Assembly (NCBI GenBank): GCA_963748625.1
Contig: CAVVJT010000007.1
Span: 576,001 to 640,000, forward strand
Direction: 5' to 3'
Length of the DNA stretch: 64,000 nt
Origin: an uncultured Chloroflexia bacterium
GTDB lineage: Bacteria > Chloroflexota > Limnocylindria > Limnocylindrales > CSP1-4
The notes below the pieces were generated by a model, which was not told where the DNA came from, made no database searches, and worked only from the letters and a program-made list of their open reading frames with translations. Shown piece after piece: positions 1 to 9,067 of the stretch; the stretch's first letter is position 1, and each line of letters begins with the position of its first letter. The translations under genes were made by a program, and so were the position numbers.

Positions 1-258
1 ACGCTCCGCGTGGAGATCACCTGCGAGCGGCGGGGCTCGGAGCTGCGCGTGGACGTCACGGCGGAGGCGGACGCAGTGCACGTCCACACGTATCTCGACG
101 GCGTGCAGGCGATCGATCGCACGTACAAGGCGGCGCGCCTGACGGACGTGGACCTGCTGGGCGAGGCGATGGACGGGATTGCGCGCGACGCCGTGTCGCT
201 CGGGACGATACGGATGGCGGCGGCCCTGGGCGGACCGCGGGTGGCGGAGGGGGCGTGA
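1..258 (+). CDS. C-terminal part of a protein upstream of pgl, possibly OpcA (G6PDH assembly protein)
   Basis: ORF runs in from the window edge and overlaps the pgl start; position fits a zwf-opcA-pgl operon (inference). Confidence 0.45.
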   Translation, partial: TLRVEITCERRGSELRVDVTAEADAVHVHTYLDGVQAIDRTYKAARLTDVDLLGEAMDGIARDAVSLGTIRMAAALGGPRVAEGA

Positions 259-1028
259 TGGTTGCGCGGCCCAACCTGCGTGTCGTCCCGACCGAGACCC
301 TCGCAACCGAGGCCGGGCGCTGCATCGCTGAGGCGCTGGCGGGCGCCGTCGCGGCGCGGGGCGTGGCGCACTGGGCCACCACCGGCGGCTCGTCCGCCCC
401 CGCGATCTACCGCGCGCTCGCCGCGGAGCCGCTGGCATCGGCGGTGCCGTGGTCCCGGGTGCACACCTGGTGGGGCGATGACCGCTTCGTCCGCCACGAC
501 GATCCCCTGTCCAACGTGCTCCCGATCACCGCGTTGCTCGCGGGCGGAGGGCTGCCAGCGGCGGCCCGGGCCAACCTCCACCCGATCCCGACCGATCCGG
601 CGCTCGCCGGCGGGTTCGGCGCCGGCTGGGCCGCGGCGCGATACGCCGATGAGCTGGCCTCACTGGTGCCGGCCGGACCCGACGGCGTGCCCGTTCTCGA
701 CCTCGTCATCCTCGGGGTCGGGCCGGACGGGCACATCCTGTCGGTGTTCCCGGGGTCCGCCGTGTGGGAGTCATCGGCGTCGGTCTGCGCCGTGCCCGCG
801 CCGACCCACATCGAGCCGCACGTCGAGCGCGTGACCATGCACCCCCGGCTGGTCGCCGCCGCACGCGCCGTCCTCGTCACGACCACCGGCGCCGCCAAGG
901 CCGCGAAACTCGCCCGCGCCTGGTCCGGTGGCGCCGATCTCCGCCAGGTTCCGGTGGCGGCCGCGATGCTCCCCACGGCCACCTGGCTGCTCGATGCCGC
1001 GGCCGCATCGGAGCTGCACGAGGGCTGA
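255..1028 (+). CDS. pgl: 6-phosphogluconolactonase
   Basis: TGGSS, WWGDDRFV, LGVGPDGHILSVFPG and RVTM motifs of the Pgl/DevB family. Confidence 0.9.
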   Translation: MMVARPNLRVVPTETLATEAGRCIAEALAGAVAARGVAHWATTGGSSAPAIYRALAAEPLASAVPWSRVHTWWGDDRFVRHDDPLSNVLPITALLAGGGLPAAARANLHPIPTDPALAGGFGAGWAAARYADELASLVPAGPDGVPVLDLVILGVGPDGHILSVFPGSAVWESSASVCAVPAPTHIEPHVERVTMHPRLVAAARAVLVTTTGAAKAAKLARAWSGGADLRQVPVAAAMLPTATWLLDAAAASELHEG

Positions 1029-1136
1029 TCGCGCCGGGACCTCCCGTCCGCACGCACTTGGGCGGAAGCACTCCGACATCTGCATTGACACACCGGGCAT
1101 CACGCGGCACTGAGTGCGGGTTCGCCGGCCGGCGCA

Positions 1137-1247
1137 GACTCCACCCGGAGTCGGGAACGCCCTGGCTGAGCGTGGCGCGAACCGCGAAGTCGACCTTTCG
1201 TGCACGGCCCACGCACGAGCAGCCCGCTCTTGACTCCCGGCGGAGTC
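1137..1247 (-). repeat. 111-bp intergenic element, variant with GACTCC-N4-GGAGTC dyads
   Basis: 16-bp dyads at 1137-1152 and 1232-1247; the reverse-complemented 79-bp core aligns without gaps to the family-B core (AAA, CGACTTC, CCACGCTCAG at identical offsets). Confidence 0.8.
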
Positions 1248-1326
1248 GGGCCCGCTCCCGGTAGATGCAGCCCGCTCAAGGTGGAGGCAGCCCGAGGCTG
1301 GGCGGGGCCGGCACCAGGAGAAGACC

Positions 1327-2163
1327 CTACCGCGCGACCTCGAGCTTCTTGAAGGCCTCCACCTGGCCGCGGATCGCTCGCTCGGTGGGCAGCCGCTCCA
1401 CCGACGAAGCCCCGAAGAACCCATGGATCCCGGGCATCCGCAGCAGCGCCTCGGCCACCTGGGCCGGCTCGTCGAACGGGCCGCCGTGGCAGAGCACGAT
1501 GATGTCGCGCCGGACGGACCTCCCGGCGTCGGCCATGGCCATGACCCGCTCGATCGCCTCGTCCAGCGTGAACGCGACGCCCGCCCCGATCGAGCCCGCG
1601 GTCGTCAGGCCCACGTGGCAGACGAGCTGGTCGGCGCCCGCCTCGACCATCGCGCGCGCCTGGTCGGGGTCGAACACGTAGGGCGAGGTGAACATGTCCT
1701 GGGCGTGGGCCTCGGCGATGGCCGCTACCTCCTTGTCGTAGCCCATCCCGGTGGCCTCGAGGTTGCGCCGGAAGTCGCCGTCGATCAGGCCCACCGTCGG
1801 GAAGTTCTGGACGCCGTCGAAGCCGAGGTCGCGCAGCTGGCGCAGGAACACCCGCATGATCCGGAACGGGTCGGTGCCGTTGATGCCGGCGAGAACGGCC
1901 ATGCGCGAGACGACTGGCAGCACCTCGGCGGCCATCTCGACGACGATGCCGTTCGCATCGCCGTAGGCCAGCATGCCTGCCAGTGACCCGCGGCCCGCCA
2001 TCCGGTAGCGGCCCGAGTTGTAGATGATCGCCATGTCGGCGCCACCGGCCTCGGCCATCTTGGCGCTGATGCCGGTGCCGGCGCCTGCGCCGACGATGGG
2101 GATGCCGGCGTCGATCGTGGAGCGGAGGCGGGCCAAGAGCTCGGCGCGGGGGATGAAGGGCAT
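1327..2163 (-). CDS. TIM-barrel signal transduction / PEP-hydrolase-like protein
   Basis: [48 protein letters not shown] and GASSVERLP motifs. Confidence 0.9.
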   Translation of the reverse strand: MPFIPRAELLARLRSTIDAGIPIVGAGAGTGISAKMAEAGGADMAIIYNSGRYRMAGRGSLAGMLAYGDANGIVVEMAAEVLPVVSRMAVLAGINGTDPFRIMRVFLRQLRDLGFDGVQNFPTVGLIDGDFRRNLEATGMGYDKEVAAIAEAHAQDMFTSPYVFDPDQARAMVEAGADQLVCHVGLTTAGSIGAGVAFTLDEAIERVMAMADAGRSVRRDIIVLCHGGPFDEPAQVAEALLRMPGIHGFFGASSVERLPTERAIRGQVEAFKKLEVAR

Positions 2164-2187
2164 GGCTTGGACTCCTTGCGCAGGCTG

Positions 2188-3393
2188 TCAGCCGGCGAGC
2201 ATCGCGAGCAGGCGGTCGGCGATCGCGTCGGCGAAGGCTTCGTCGTTGATGTGCAGGTCGAGGTCGTGGAACTCCACGACCTCCGGGTCGATCCCCGACG
2301 AGATCGCGTTGTAGAGCCCGGCCATGGCCATCGTGTCGAAGAACGGCTGGCCCTTCGCATCGAGCATGGAGACGCCGTTGCACGGGATGAAGACCGCGCA
2401 CGGCGCGGTGGCCGCGTTCAGCTTCCGGGCCAGGATCTCCCCCAGTTCGATGCACTCCTCGTCGGTGGTGCGCATGAGCGTGACCTGCGGGTTGTGGTGG
2501 TAGAAGAGGCGTCCCGCGAAGCGCGCCGGCACCGTCTCGGGCGGCCCGAAGTTGCACATGTCGAGCGCGCCCACGCTCACCACCTGCGGGATCCCCGCCC
2601 GCGCCGCGGCCCCCAGCCGGTCCGGGCCCGCGGAGAGCACCCCGCCGATCAGCTCGTCGGCAAGCTCGGTCGTCGTGATGTCGGCGACGCCCACGATGAA
2701 GCCGGCGTCGATCAGGGCCTCCATCGCGCGCCCGCCGGAGCCGGTCGCATGGAACACGAGGACCTCGAACCCGGCCGCCTCCAGGCGCTCGCGGACGCGG
2801 GTGACGCACGGGGTGGTCACGCCGAACATGGTGGCGGCGATCAGCGGCCGGTCCTCGACGGGCGGGATCTCCTGCTCGGCCATGCCGCACACGGCACCCG
2901 CGGCGTTGGCAAGGATGCGCCGCGACAGCCGGTTGAGGCCGGAGACATCGACCACGGAGTACATCATCGTGATGTCGGTGACGCCCACGTACGGCCCGAC
3001 ATCGCCCGAGGCCATGGTCGACACCATCACCTTCGGGAGGCCGACAGGCAGGGCGCGCATGCCAGCGGTCGCGATGGCCGTGCCCCCCGAGCCACCGAGG
3101 CCGATGACGCCGTCCACGTGTTCAGTCTCGAGGAGCTCGGGCGCGAGGGCCGCCACGCCTGCGCACATGACCTCGAGCGCGTGTGCGCGGTCCCCTTCCG
3201 CGCGGAGTGATTCGAGGTCGGCGCCCCCGGCGCGGGCAACGCGGGAGGCGTCGATGTCGGACTGGATCGCAGGGGCCTGGACGCCCGCGTCGAGGACCAC
3301 GGCGAGGTGCCCGCGCGCGGTGATGAGGTCGCGCACGTAGGCGACCTCGGCGCCTTTCGTGTCGAGGGTTCCGATGACCAGGATCGTCGCCAT
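2188..3393 (-). CDS. Tm-1-like ATP-binding domain protein (UPF0261)
   Basis: GTLDTKG, GGSGGT, LPVGLPKVMVST, MFGVTTPCV, FHATGSGG and HIND motifs; GGAGG RBS before ATG 3393. Confidence 0.9.
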   Translation of the reverse strand: MATILVIGTLDTKGAEVAYVRDLITARGHLAVVLDAGVQAPAIQSDIDASRVARAGGADLESLRAEGDRAHALEVMCAGVAALAPELLETEHVDGVIGLGGSGGTAIATAGMRALPVGLPKVMVSTMASGDVGPYVGVTDITMMYSVVDVSGLNRLSRRILANAAGAVCGMAEQEIPPVEDRPLIAATMFGVTTPCVTRVRERLEAAGFEVLVFHATGSGGRAMEALIDAGFIVGVADITTTELADELIGGVLSAGPDRLGAAARAGIPQVVSVGALDMCNFGPPETVPARFAGRLFYHHNPQVTLMRTTDEECIELGEILARKLNAATAPCAVFIPCNGVSMLDAKGQPFFDTMAMAGLYNAISSGIDPEVVEFHDLDLHINDEAFADAIADRLLAMLAG

Positions 3394-3436
3394 GCCGCCT
3401 CCGTCGCGGTCGCTGCGAGGGGTACGCTTCGCGTCC

Positions 3437-4270
3437 ATGGTCGCACCGTTCGGGGATGCTCCGCATGCCGTCGTGCAGTCCCGGGACGGCACGCCGATCG
3501 CCGTGTTCGCCGGAGGGTCCGGCCCCGGGGCACCCGTGCTGCTGGTCCATGGCACGGGCTCGGATCACACGACGTGGCGGGTGCTGGCGCCGCTCCTGGC
3601 CGACGGCCGCCGGGTGTACTCCCTTGACCGGCGGGGGCGAGGCGCGTCTGGCGATGGTCCGGCGTACTCCGCACAGCTCGAGGCCGAGGACGTGGCCGCC
3701 GTCGCGGAGCTGATGGCTGCGGTCGAAGGGCGCGGGATCGCCGTGGTCGGGCACTCGTTGGGCGGTCGGCTCGCGCTGGCGGCGGCCCGGCTGAGCAGCG
3801 CGATCGAGAAGGTGGCCGCCTACGAGGGTGCGCCGACCGTGCCGGCCGCGGGCGGTGCCGACGAGCGCCTGCTTGCCGAGCTGGCCGCCCACCTTGGGGC
3901 CGGCGACCACGACGCTGTCCTCGAGGTCTTCCTGCGCGAGGCCGCCAGCCTGCCCGAGGACCAGCTGGCCGACTTCCGGGCCTCGGACCTGTGGGCCGTC
4001 CGCGCCAGGACCGCGCCGCAGATCGTCCGCGAGCTGGACGCGGCGCTGCACGACGCGGCCATCGGCCTCGAGGCCCTTGCCAACGTCGAGGTCCCGGTGC
4101 TCCAGCTCGCCGGCTCCGAGTCGCCGGCCCGGTTCCGCGACGGCGTCCTCGCCCTCGACCGGCAGCTCGCGCGCGGAACGGTGGAATTCGTGGCCGGAGC
4201 CCGCCACAACGCGCACCATTCGCACGCGCGCGCCCTTGCGGGTGCGGTCATCGGATTCCTCGGGGCCTGA
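3437..4270 (+). CDS. alpha/beta hydrolase
   Basis: LLVHG, DRRGRGAS, GHSLGG nucleophile elbow, C-terminal His. Confidence 0.85.
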   Translation: MVAPFGDAPHAVVQSRDGTPIAVFAGGSGPGAPVLLVHGTGSDHTTWRVLAPLLADGRRVYSLDRRGRGASGDGPAYSAQLEAEDVAAVAELMAAVEGRGIAVVGHSLGGRLALAAARLSSAIEKVAAYEGAPTVPAAGGADERLLAELAAHLGAGDHDAVLEVFLREAASLPEDQLADFRASDLWAVRARTAPQIVRELDAALHDAAIGLEALANVEVPVLQLAGSESPARFRDGVLALDRQLARGTVEFVAGARHNAHHSHARALAGAVIGFLGA

Positions 4271-4360
4271 ACACAGGCTGGCGTCCCGGTGCGCCATTCG
4301 GCCCCTCCGACTGCGCCGTGCGGCACCTCACGCCCGGTTTGGGGGGACTACCATCCCTCC

Positions 4361-5476
4361 ATGACTGAGCCTGTCCTCGCTCCCGACTATCCCCGTCCCT
4401 ACTCCCCCGGTCTCGAGGGGGTCATCGCCGGCGAGACCTCGCTGTCGTTCATCGACGGTGAGAACGGCCGCCTGCTGTACCGCGGCTACCCGATCGGCCA
4501 GCTGGTGAAGGGCGGCTCCTACGCTGCCGTCGCCGAGCTGCTCTGGACCGGCGAATGGACGCCGGATAGCAAGCTCCCGTGCCAGCCGGTCCCGGATGCG
4601 GTCATGACCGCGCTGCGTGCCCTGCCTGCGACGGCCAAGCCGATGGACGCCCTCCGGACCGCGGTGTCCGTGTGGGGCGCTGTCACCAACCCGGGCTGGC
4701 CGGCCTCGGCCGATGAGGCCCGTGCGCTGACCGCGTTCTCGCCGTCGGCGCTGGCCGCGTTCGCCCGCCTCCGCCAGGGCCTCGAGCCGGTCGCGCCCGA
4801 TCCCGATCTCGACCTGGTCGCAGGGTTCCTGTACCAGCTCAACGGCGAGGTGCCCACGGCAGAGGCGGCGCGCGCGCTCGACGCCTACTTCATCGTCGGT
4901 GCGGAGCACGGCTTCAACGCCTCCACGTTCACTGCCCGCGTGATCACCGCCACCCGCTCGGACATCGCGTCCGCCGTGTGCGGCGCGATCGGCGCGATGA
5001 AGGGCCCGCTCCACGGCGGCGCCCCGTCCGAGGTGGTGGAGCAGATCCACCAGGTCGGCACGCCCGAGCACGCCGAGCAGTGGGTCCGCGAGGCGATCGA
5101 CAACAAGACCCGCCTGATGGGCTTCGGCCACCGCGTGTACCGCGCCTACGATCCCCGCGCCGCGGCCCTGCGCGAGGTCGCCGAGTCGATGGCGAACAAG
5201 CCGGACTGGCTCGAGCTTGCGATCGCCATCGAGGATGTCGCGCTGCGCGTGCTCGCCGAGAAGTACCCGGATCGCCCGCTCAAGACCAACGTCGAGTTCT
5301 ACGCGGCGCCGGTCCTGATGGGTGTCGGGCTCACCCCGGACCTGTTCCCAGCCACCTTCGCCCTGGCCCGGCACGCCGGCTGGACCGCGCACACGGTCGA
5401 GCAGGGCGCGAACAACCGGCTCATCCGCCCGGACGTGAAGTACATCGGCTACCTGGAGCGCGACCTCCCCGCCTGA
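4361..5476 (+). CDS. citrate synthase / methylcitrate synthase
   Basis: GLEGV, LLYRGY, EHGFNAST, GPLHGGA, MGFGHRVY and NVEFY motifs. Confidence 0.92.
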   Translation: MTEPVLAPDYPRPYSPGLEGVIAGETSLSFIDGENGRLLYRGYPIGQLVKGGSYAAVAELLWTGEWTPDSKLPCQPVPDAVMTALRALPATAKPMDALRTAVSVWGAVTNPGWPASADEARALTAFSPSALAAFARLRQGLEPVAPDPDLDLVAGFLYQLNGEVPTAEAARALDAYFIVGAEHGFNASTFTARVITATRSDIASAVCGAIGAMKGPLHGGAPSEVVEQIHQVGTPEHAEQWVREAIDNKTRLMGFGHRVYRAYDPRAAALREVAESMANKPDWLELAIAIEDVALRVLAEKYPDRPLKTNVEFYAAPVLMGVGLTPDLFPATFALARHAGWTAHTVEQGANNRLIRPDVKYIGYLERDLPA

Positions 5477-5545
5477 CGGCCTGATCGCCGCGCGCGGTCC
5501 ACACCGCTCCGTCCACGGGCGTCGGAGCGATCCGGCGCCCGTCGT

Positions 5546-5716
5546 GATTCCATCCGCACGAGGATGGTTTGCCGACTCTATCCGCGCAGGGATGGAATCC
5601 GTGGAGTCCGTGCAGGCCTCGGACCCTGAACGCGGGGGTCGGTACGTGACCCCTGCACGCACGACCCCGAAGTCACCACGGGGATTGTTGGCCGAATCGA
5701 TCCGCGCAGGAATGAA
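5546..5716. repeat. family-A intergenic element with ATCC-N6-GGAT boxes
   Basis: Matches the reverse complement of 12761-12936 (e.g. TCACCACGGGGATTGTTGGCCGA(A/T)TCGATCCGCGCAGGAATG); boxes at 5552, 5580 and 5700. Confidence 0.8.
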
Positions 5717-5806
5717 ACCGGCGCGGCTCGGGGCCTGGCGCCGCTCGGGGCCTGGGCGCGGTTCGGCACGCCCGGAATGCGCGACCGGCGCGCCCGCACC
5801 GCGCGC

Positions 5807-6340
5807 CTAGTGCAGCACCAGCACCTTGAGCACCACGATCACGCATCCGAGCAGGCAGTCCACCGACGCCACGAGCAGCGTCACCGGCCAGCCCTTTCCC
5901 AGGCGCCGCCCGACCGCCAGCCCGAACAGGAACAGCTGCACGATGCAGGCGACCAGGGCGACGTCGAGCGCCACCTGGACCGGCACAGCCTCGAGGATGC
6001 CGAAGGTGACGATCGCGGCCGGCAGCAGGGCCGCCGTCAGCATCGGGCTTTCGATGCGCGCAATGGAGAGGACGTCGGACCATGCGATCGGGCCGCGCAT
6101 CCGCAGCGCCACGATGCCGGTCCAGACGTCGGCCAGCCAGAACACGGCGACCCCGATGAGGACCGTGAGCGTCACGAACTCCGGGGAGGAGTCCGAGCGG
6201 GCCTGCACGGCGACCAGGCTCGTGACCAGCAGCGTGCCGTAGACGGCCCCTGAGAGGTCCTTTGGCGGATGGGTGCGGCCAACGCCCGGCACCCGCTCCT
6301 CGACCTCATCCACCATGATCTCCCGGTCGACTGCGTCCAC
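5807..6340 (-). CDS. hypothetical membrane protein
   Basis: Several hydrophobic segments, GAVYGTLLV motif; downstream of corA. Confidence 0.7.
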   Translation of the reverse strand: MDAVDREIMVDEVEERVPGVGRTHPPKDLSGAVYGTLLVTSLVAVQARSDSSPEFVTLTVLIGVAVFWLADVWTGIVALRMRGPIAWSDVLSIARIESPMLTAALLPAAIVTFGILEAVPVQVALDVALVACIVQLFLFGLAVGRRLGKGWPVTLLVASVDCLLGCVIVVLKVLVLH

Positions 6341-6343
6341 CGC

Positions 6344-7339
6344 CTAGAGGTAGCCCTTGCGCCGGAAGTAGATGAGGATGGTCGCGAGGATGGTGACCAT
6401 CGTGGCGATGATCAGCCAGAACTCGTTGATGCTCTCGTCGCCTGGCAGGTCCACGTTCATGCCACCGATCGAGGCGATCAGCGTGAGCGGCAGCAGCGCC
6501 ACGCTGAATGCGGTGAGGACGCGGACTCCTTCGTTCAAGCGGTGCGACAGGACGGACTCGTTGGAGGACTCGAGCGCCTCGGCGACCTCCTTGTAGTTCT
6601 CGAGGACGTCCCAGATCCGCTCGGCGGCATCGGTGATGTCGTCGAAGTAGATGTCGAGGTCCTCGGTCAGGTAGCGCTGCTTGGTGCGCTCGAGGTCGCG
6701 CAGCACGGCGCGCATCGGCCGCACGACGCGCCGGAAGTTGATGATCTCCTGCTTCGCGTTGGAGAGCTCCTGGACGATCTTGGCCGAGCGGCCCTCGAAG
6801 ATGTCGTCCTCGAGCTTGTCGAGCTTCGCGCCCATCTTGCGGAGCATCGGGAACGAGGCGTCCACGCAGGTGTCCACGATCCGGTAGAGCAGGTAGCCGG
6901 TGCCCTTGCTGAAGACGTCCGCCCGGACGGACTCGCGATCGGTGTAGCGCTCGAACATCGCCGTGAGCGGCGGCAGGTTCTGGTCGGGCAGGGTGATCAG
7001 GAAGTCCGGCCCGACGAAGATGTCCACCTCCGCCGTGAGCAGTCGGTCCTGGGTCTTGTCGAACACGGGGAAGTGGAGAACGATGAACAGGTAGTCGTCG
7101 TAGGCGTCCAGCTTGGGGCGCTGGTTGCGCGACGCGACGTCCTCGATGGCCAGGGGGTGGAAGCCGAACTCCCGCTCCAGCCACTCGCGATCGGCCTCAC
7201 GGGGCCGCTCGAGGTTCAGCCAGCGGACGCCGGCCGACTCGATGACATCGGGCTCGGGCGAATCAGGCCCGGCGGCGCTCGGCGGCAGGGTCCCCGACCT
7301 GGCCGTGCGCAACCGCGGTCGCGACAGCAGGTTCGGCAC
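6344..7339 (-). CDS. corA: CorA-family Mg2+/Co2+ transporter
   Basis: FHPLAIED, QRPK, GMN signature and two C-terminal TM helices. Confidence 0.92.
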   Translation of the reverse strand: MPNLLSRPRLRTARSGTLPPSAAGPDSPEPDVIESAGVRWLNLERPREADREWLEREFGFHPLAIEDVASRNQRPKLDAYDDYLFIVLHFPVFDKTQDRLLTAEVDIFVGPDFLITLPDQNLPPLTAMFERYTDRESVRADVFSKGTGYLLYRIVDTCVDASFPMLRKMGAKLDKLEDDIFEGRSAKIVQELSNAKQEIINFRRVVRPMRAVLRDLERTKQRYLTEDLDIYFDDITDAAERIWDVLENYKEVAEALESSNESVLSHRLNEGVRVLTAFSVALLPLTLIASIGGMNVDLPGDESINEFWLIIATMVTILATILIYFRRKGYL

Positions 7340-7496
7340 TTGGGGGGACTCCGGTTCGCATGGGCGGATCGTACCTCACCACGGGCCGGACGCACCGTCC
7401 GAACGGCTGGGCATCGTGAGCCACCCGTCCTCTGCGCCCTCAGGCACCCCGTTCTTTGCCCCGAGGCGGCCCGGCGACGGCGGTCGGCCTGTGCCC

Positions 7497-8714
7497 TCAG
7501 CCGGCCCGGCGACGGCGGCCGGCCACCACAGCGGCGCCCCCCAGGAACACCAGCGCCCCCAGCACGAACGGCAGTCGCGTGCCGCCCACGGCGGCCACGG
7601 CGGACCCCGTGGCCGGGCCGATGACGCCCGCGATGTAGAGCGGGAGGTAGACGAGGTTCAGCGTGGCCGACCGGCGGGCCGGCGGCACCTCGGTGGCGAG
7701 GAGCGAGAACACCATCGCGCCCGTCGTGGCCACGGCGGCCCCCAGCAGCACCGATGCCGCCGCGAGCAGCGCGAGACCGGGCGCGGCGGGCATCAGCAGG
7801 CTGGCCACCCCACCCCCGACGAGTGCCGTGACCAGCACCGGCTTGAAGCCCAGCCGGTCACCCGCCCAGCCCGAGACCGGCGCCATGAGCGCGCCGACCA
7901 GCGACGCCGTCCCCATGACCAGCCCGATCGCGCTGGCAAGGCCCGGGCCCACCCCCGTGATCTCCTCGACCAGCAGTGGCGTGTACGGACGCGACACCTG
8001 GTTGGCCAGGAACACGACCCCGTACACGAAGAAGAGTCGCCGCACATCAGGATCACCCAGCACGTTGCGGACGGCCGCATAGGCAAGACGAAGCGTCGGT
8101 CCCACCGGCACCACCGGCGGTCGCACCTCGCGCATCGCCAGCGTGACAAGCAGCGCCGTTCCGAGCGAGAACGCCGCGCCCAGCGCGTAGACGCCCGAGA
8201 TCGACCACCCTGCCCCGTCGATCAGGATCCCGGCCAGCAGCGGGCCCACCGCGAACCCGACCGGGCCCGCCGCCCCGAACAGCCCGATCGCGATGCCCAC
8301 TCGGCCGATCGGGGTCACGTCGCGGATCCAGGCCAGCATCACCCCCGTGTTGCCCAGCTGCATGCCGATCAGCATCACGGCGACCGCCATCTGCCACGGC
8401 TCGCGGGCGAGCGCCGCCACGCCCATCACACCCACCATCACCAGCGACGAGCGCACGATCACGGCCTTGCGGCTGTACTTGTCCGCCCACACGCCCCACA
8501 GCGGCACCAGCGGCAGGCCCAGCACGAACACGAGCGAGCTGTACAGGCCGACGAACGGGATCCGGTCCGACTCGGCCACGCCCATGAGGCGCAGGTACGA
8601 GGGCAGCAGCGCGTAGACCTGGCTCACGCCCATCGTCTCGATGAGCTGGGTGACCCAGAAGACGGCGAGGACGAGCCTCCAGTCCTGGAGCCGGCGGGGG
8701 GCGGGAGGTGTCAC
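7497..8714 (-). CDS. MFS transporter
   Basis: About 12 TM segments; WGVWADKYSRK and GWAGDRLGFK motif-A loops. Confidence 0.85.
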   Translation of the reverse strand: MTPPAPRRLQDWRLVLAVFWVTQLIETMGVSQVYALLPSYLRLMGVAESDRIPFVGLYSSLVFVLGLPLVPLWGVWADKYSRKAVIVRSSLVMVGVMGVAALAREPWQMAVAVMLIGMQLGNTGVMLAWIRDVTPIGRVGIAIGLFGAAGPVGFAVGPLLAGILIDGAGWSISGVYALGAAFSLGTALLVTLAMREVRPPVVPVGPTLRLAYAAVRNVLGDPDVRRLFFVYGVVFLANQVSRPYTPLLVEEITGVGPGLASAIGLVMGTASLVGALMAPVSGWAGDRLGFKPVLVTALVGGGVASLLMPAAPGLALLAAASVLLGAAVATTGAMVFSLLATEVPPARRSATLNLVYLPLYIAGVIGPATGSAVAAVGGTRLPFVLGALVFLGGAAVVAGRRRRAG

Positions 8715-8818
8715 GCCTCCACGCTACCGGTCGCGGGGCCGCATCGCAGGACGCGTTGGGGGGTGGCTACTGGGCGCCCGTGTGCGCGAACCGGCGCTCC
8801 TCCCGGGTGTTGCGCATG

Positions 8819-8950
8819 AGTCCACGAGAACCCGCAAACGAGCCCCTGCAAGGCGTGGATACCGCCCGTTTCCGCGGTTTCGTTGACCGACGCGCATCAG
8901 GAGGCAGATCGCGACTGCCCGACGACGTCGTTTGCGGGGTTTCGTGGACT
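8819..8950. repeat. 132-bp element with 22-bp terminal inverted repeats (MITE-like)
   Basis: AGTCCACGAGAACCCGCAAACG ... CGTTTGCGGGGTTTCGTGGACT (20 of 22 complementary). Confidence 0.65.
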
Positions 8951-9067
8951 GGCAGACAACTGGGCCGCCGGCGGACGGGCGCGACCGGGACCGCCGGCGA
9001 AGGTCGTGTCTGGGTCCCACGGTCATGCAGTTGCGGGAATCCGGTGGTCGGGCGATCCTTCCGCACG

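Noticed and set aside
1080-1270. 6S-like ncRNA (ends CTGCAT/ATGCAG and ACCGGG/CCCGGT can pair, about 190 nt)
   Set aside because: The interior is better explained as the 111-bp repeat variant, and no recognisable 6S central-bubble consensus is seen.
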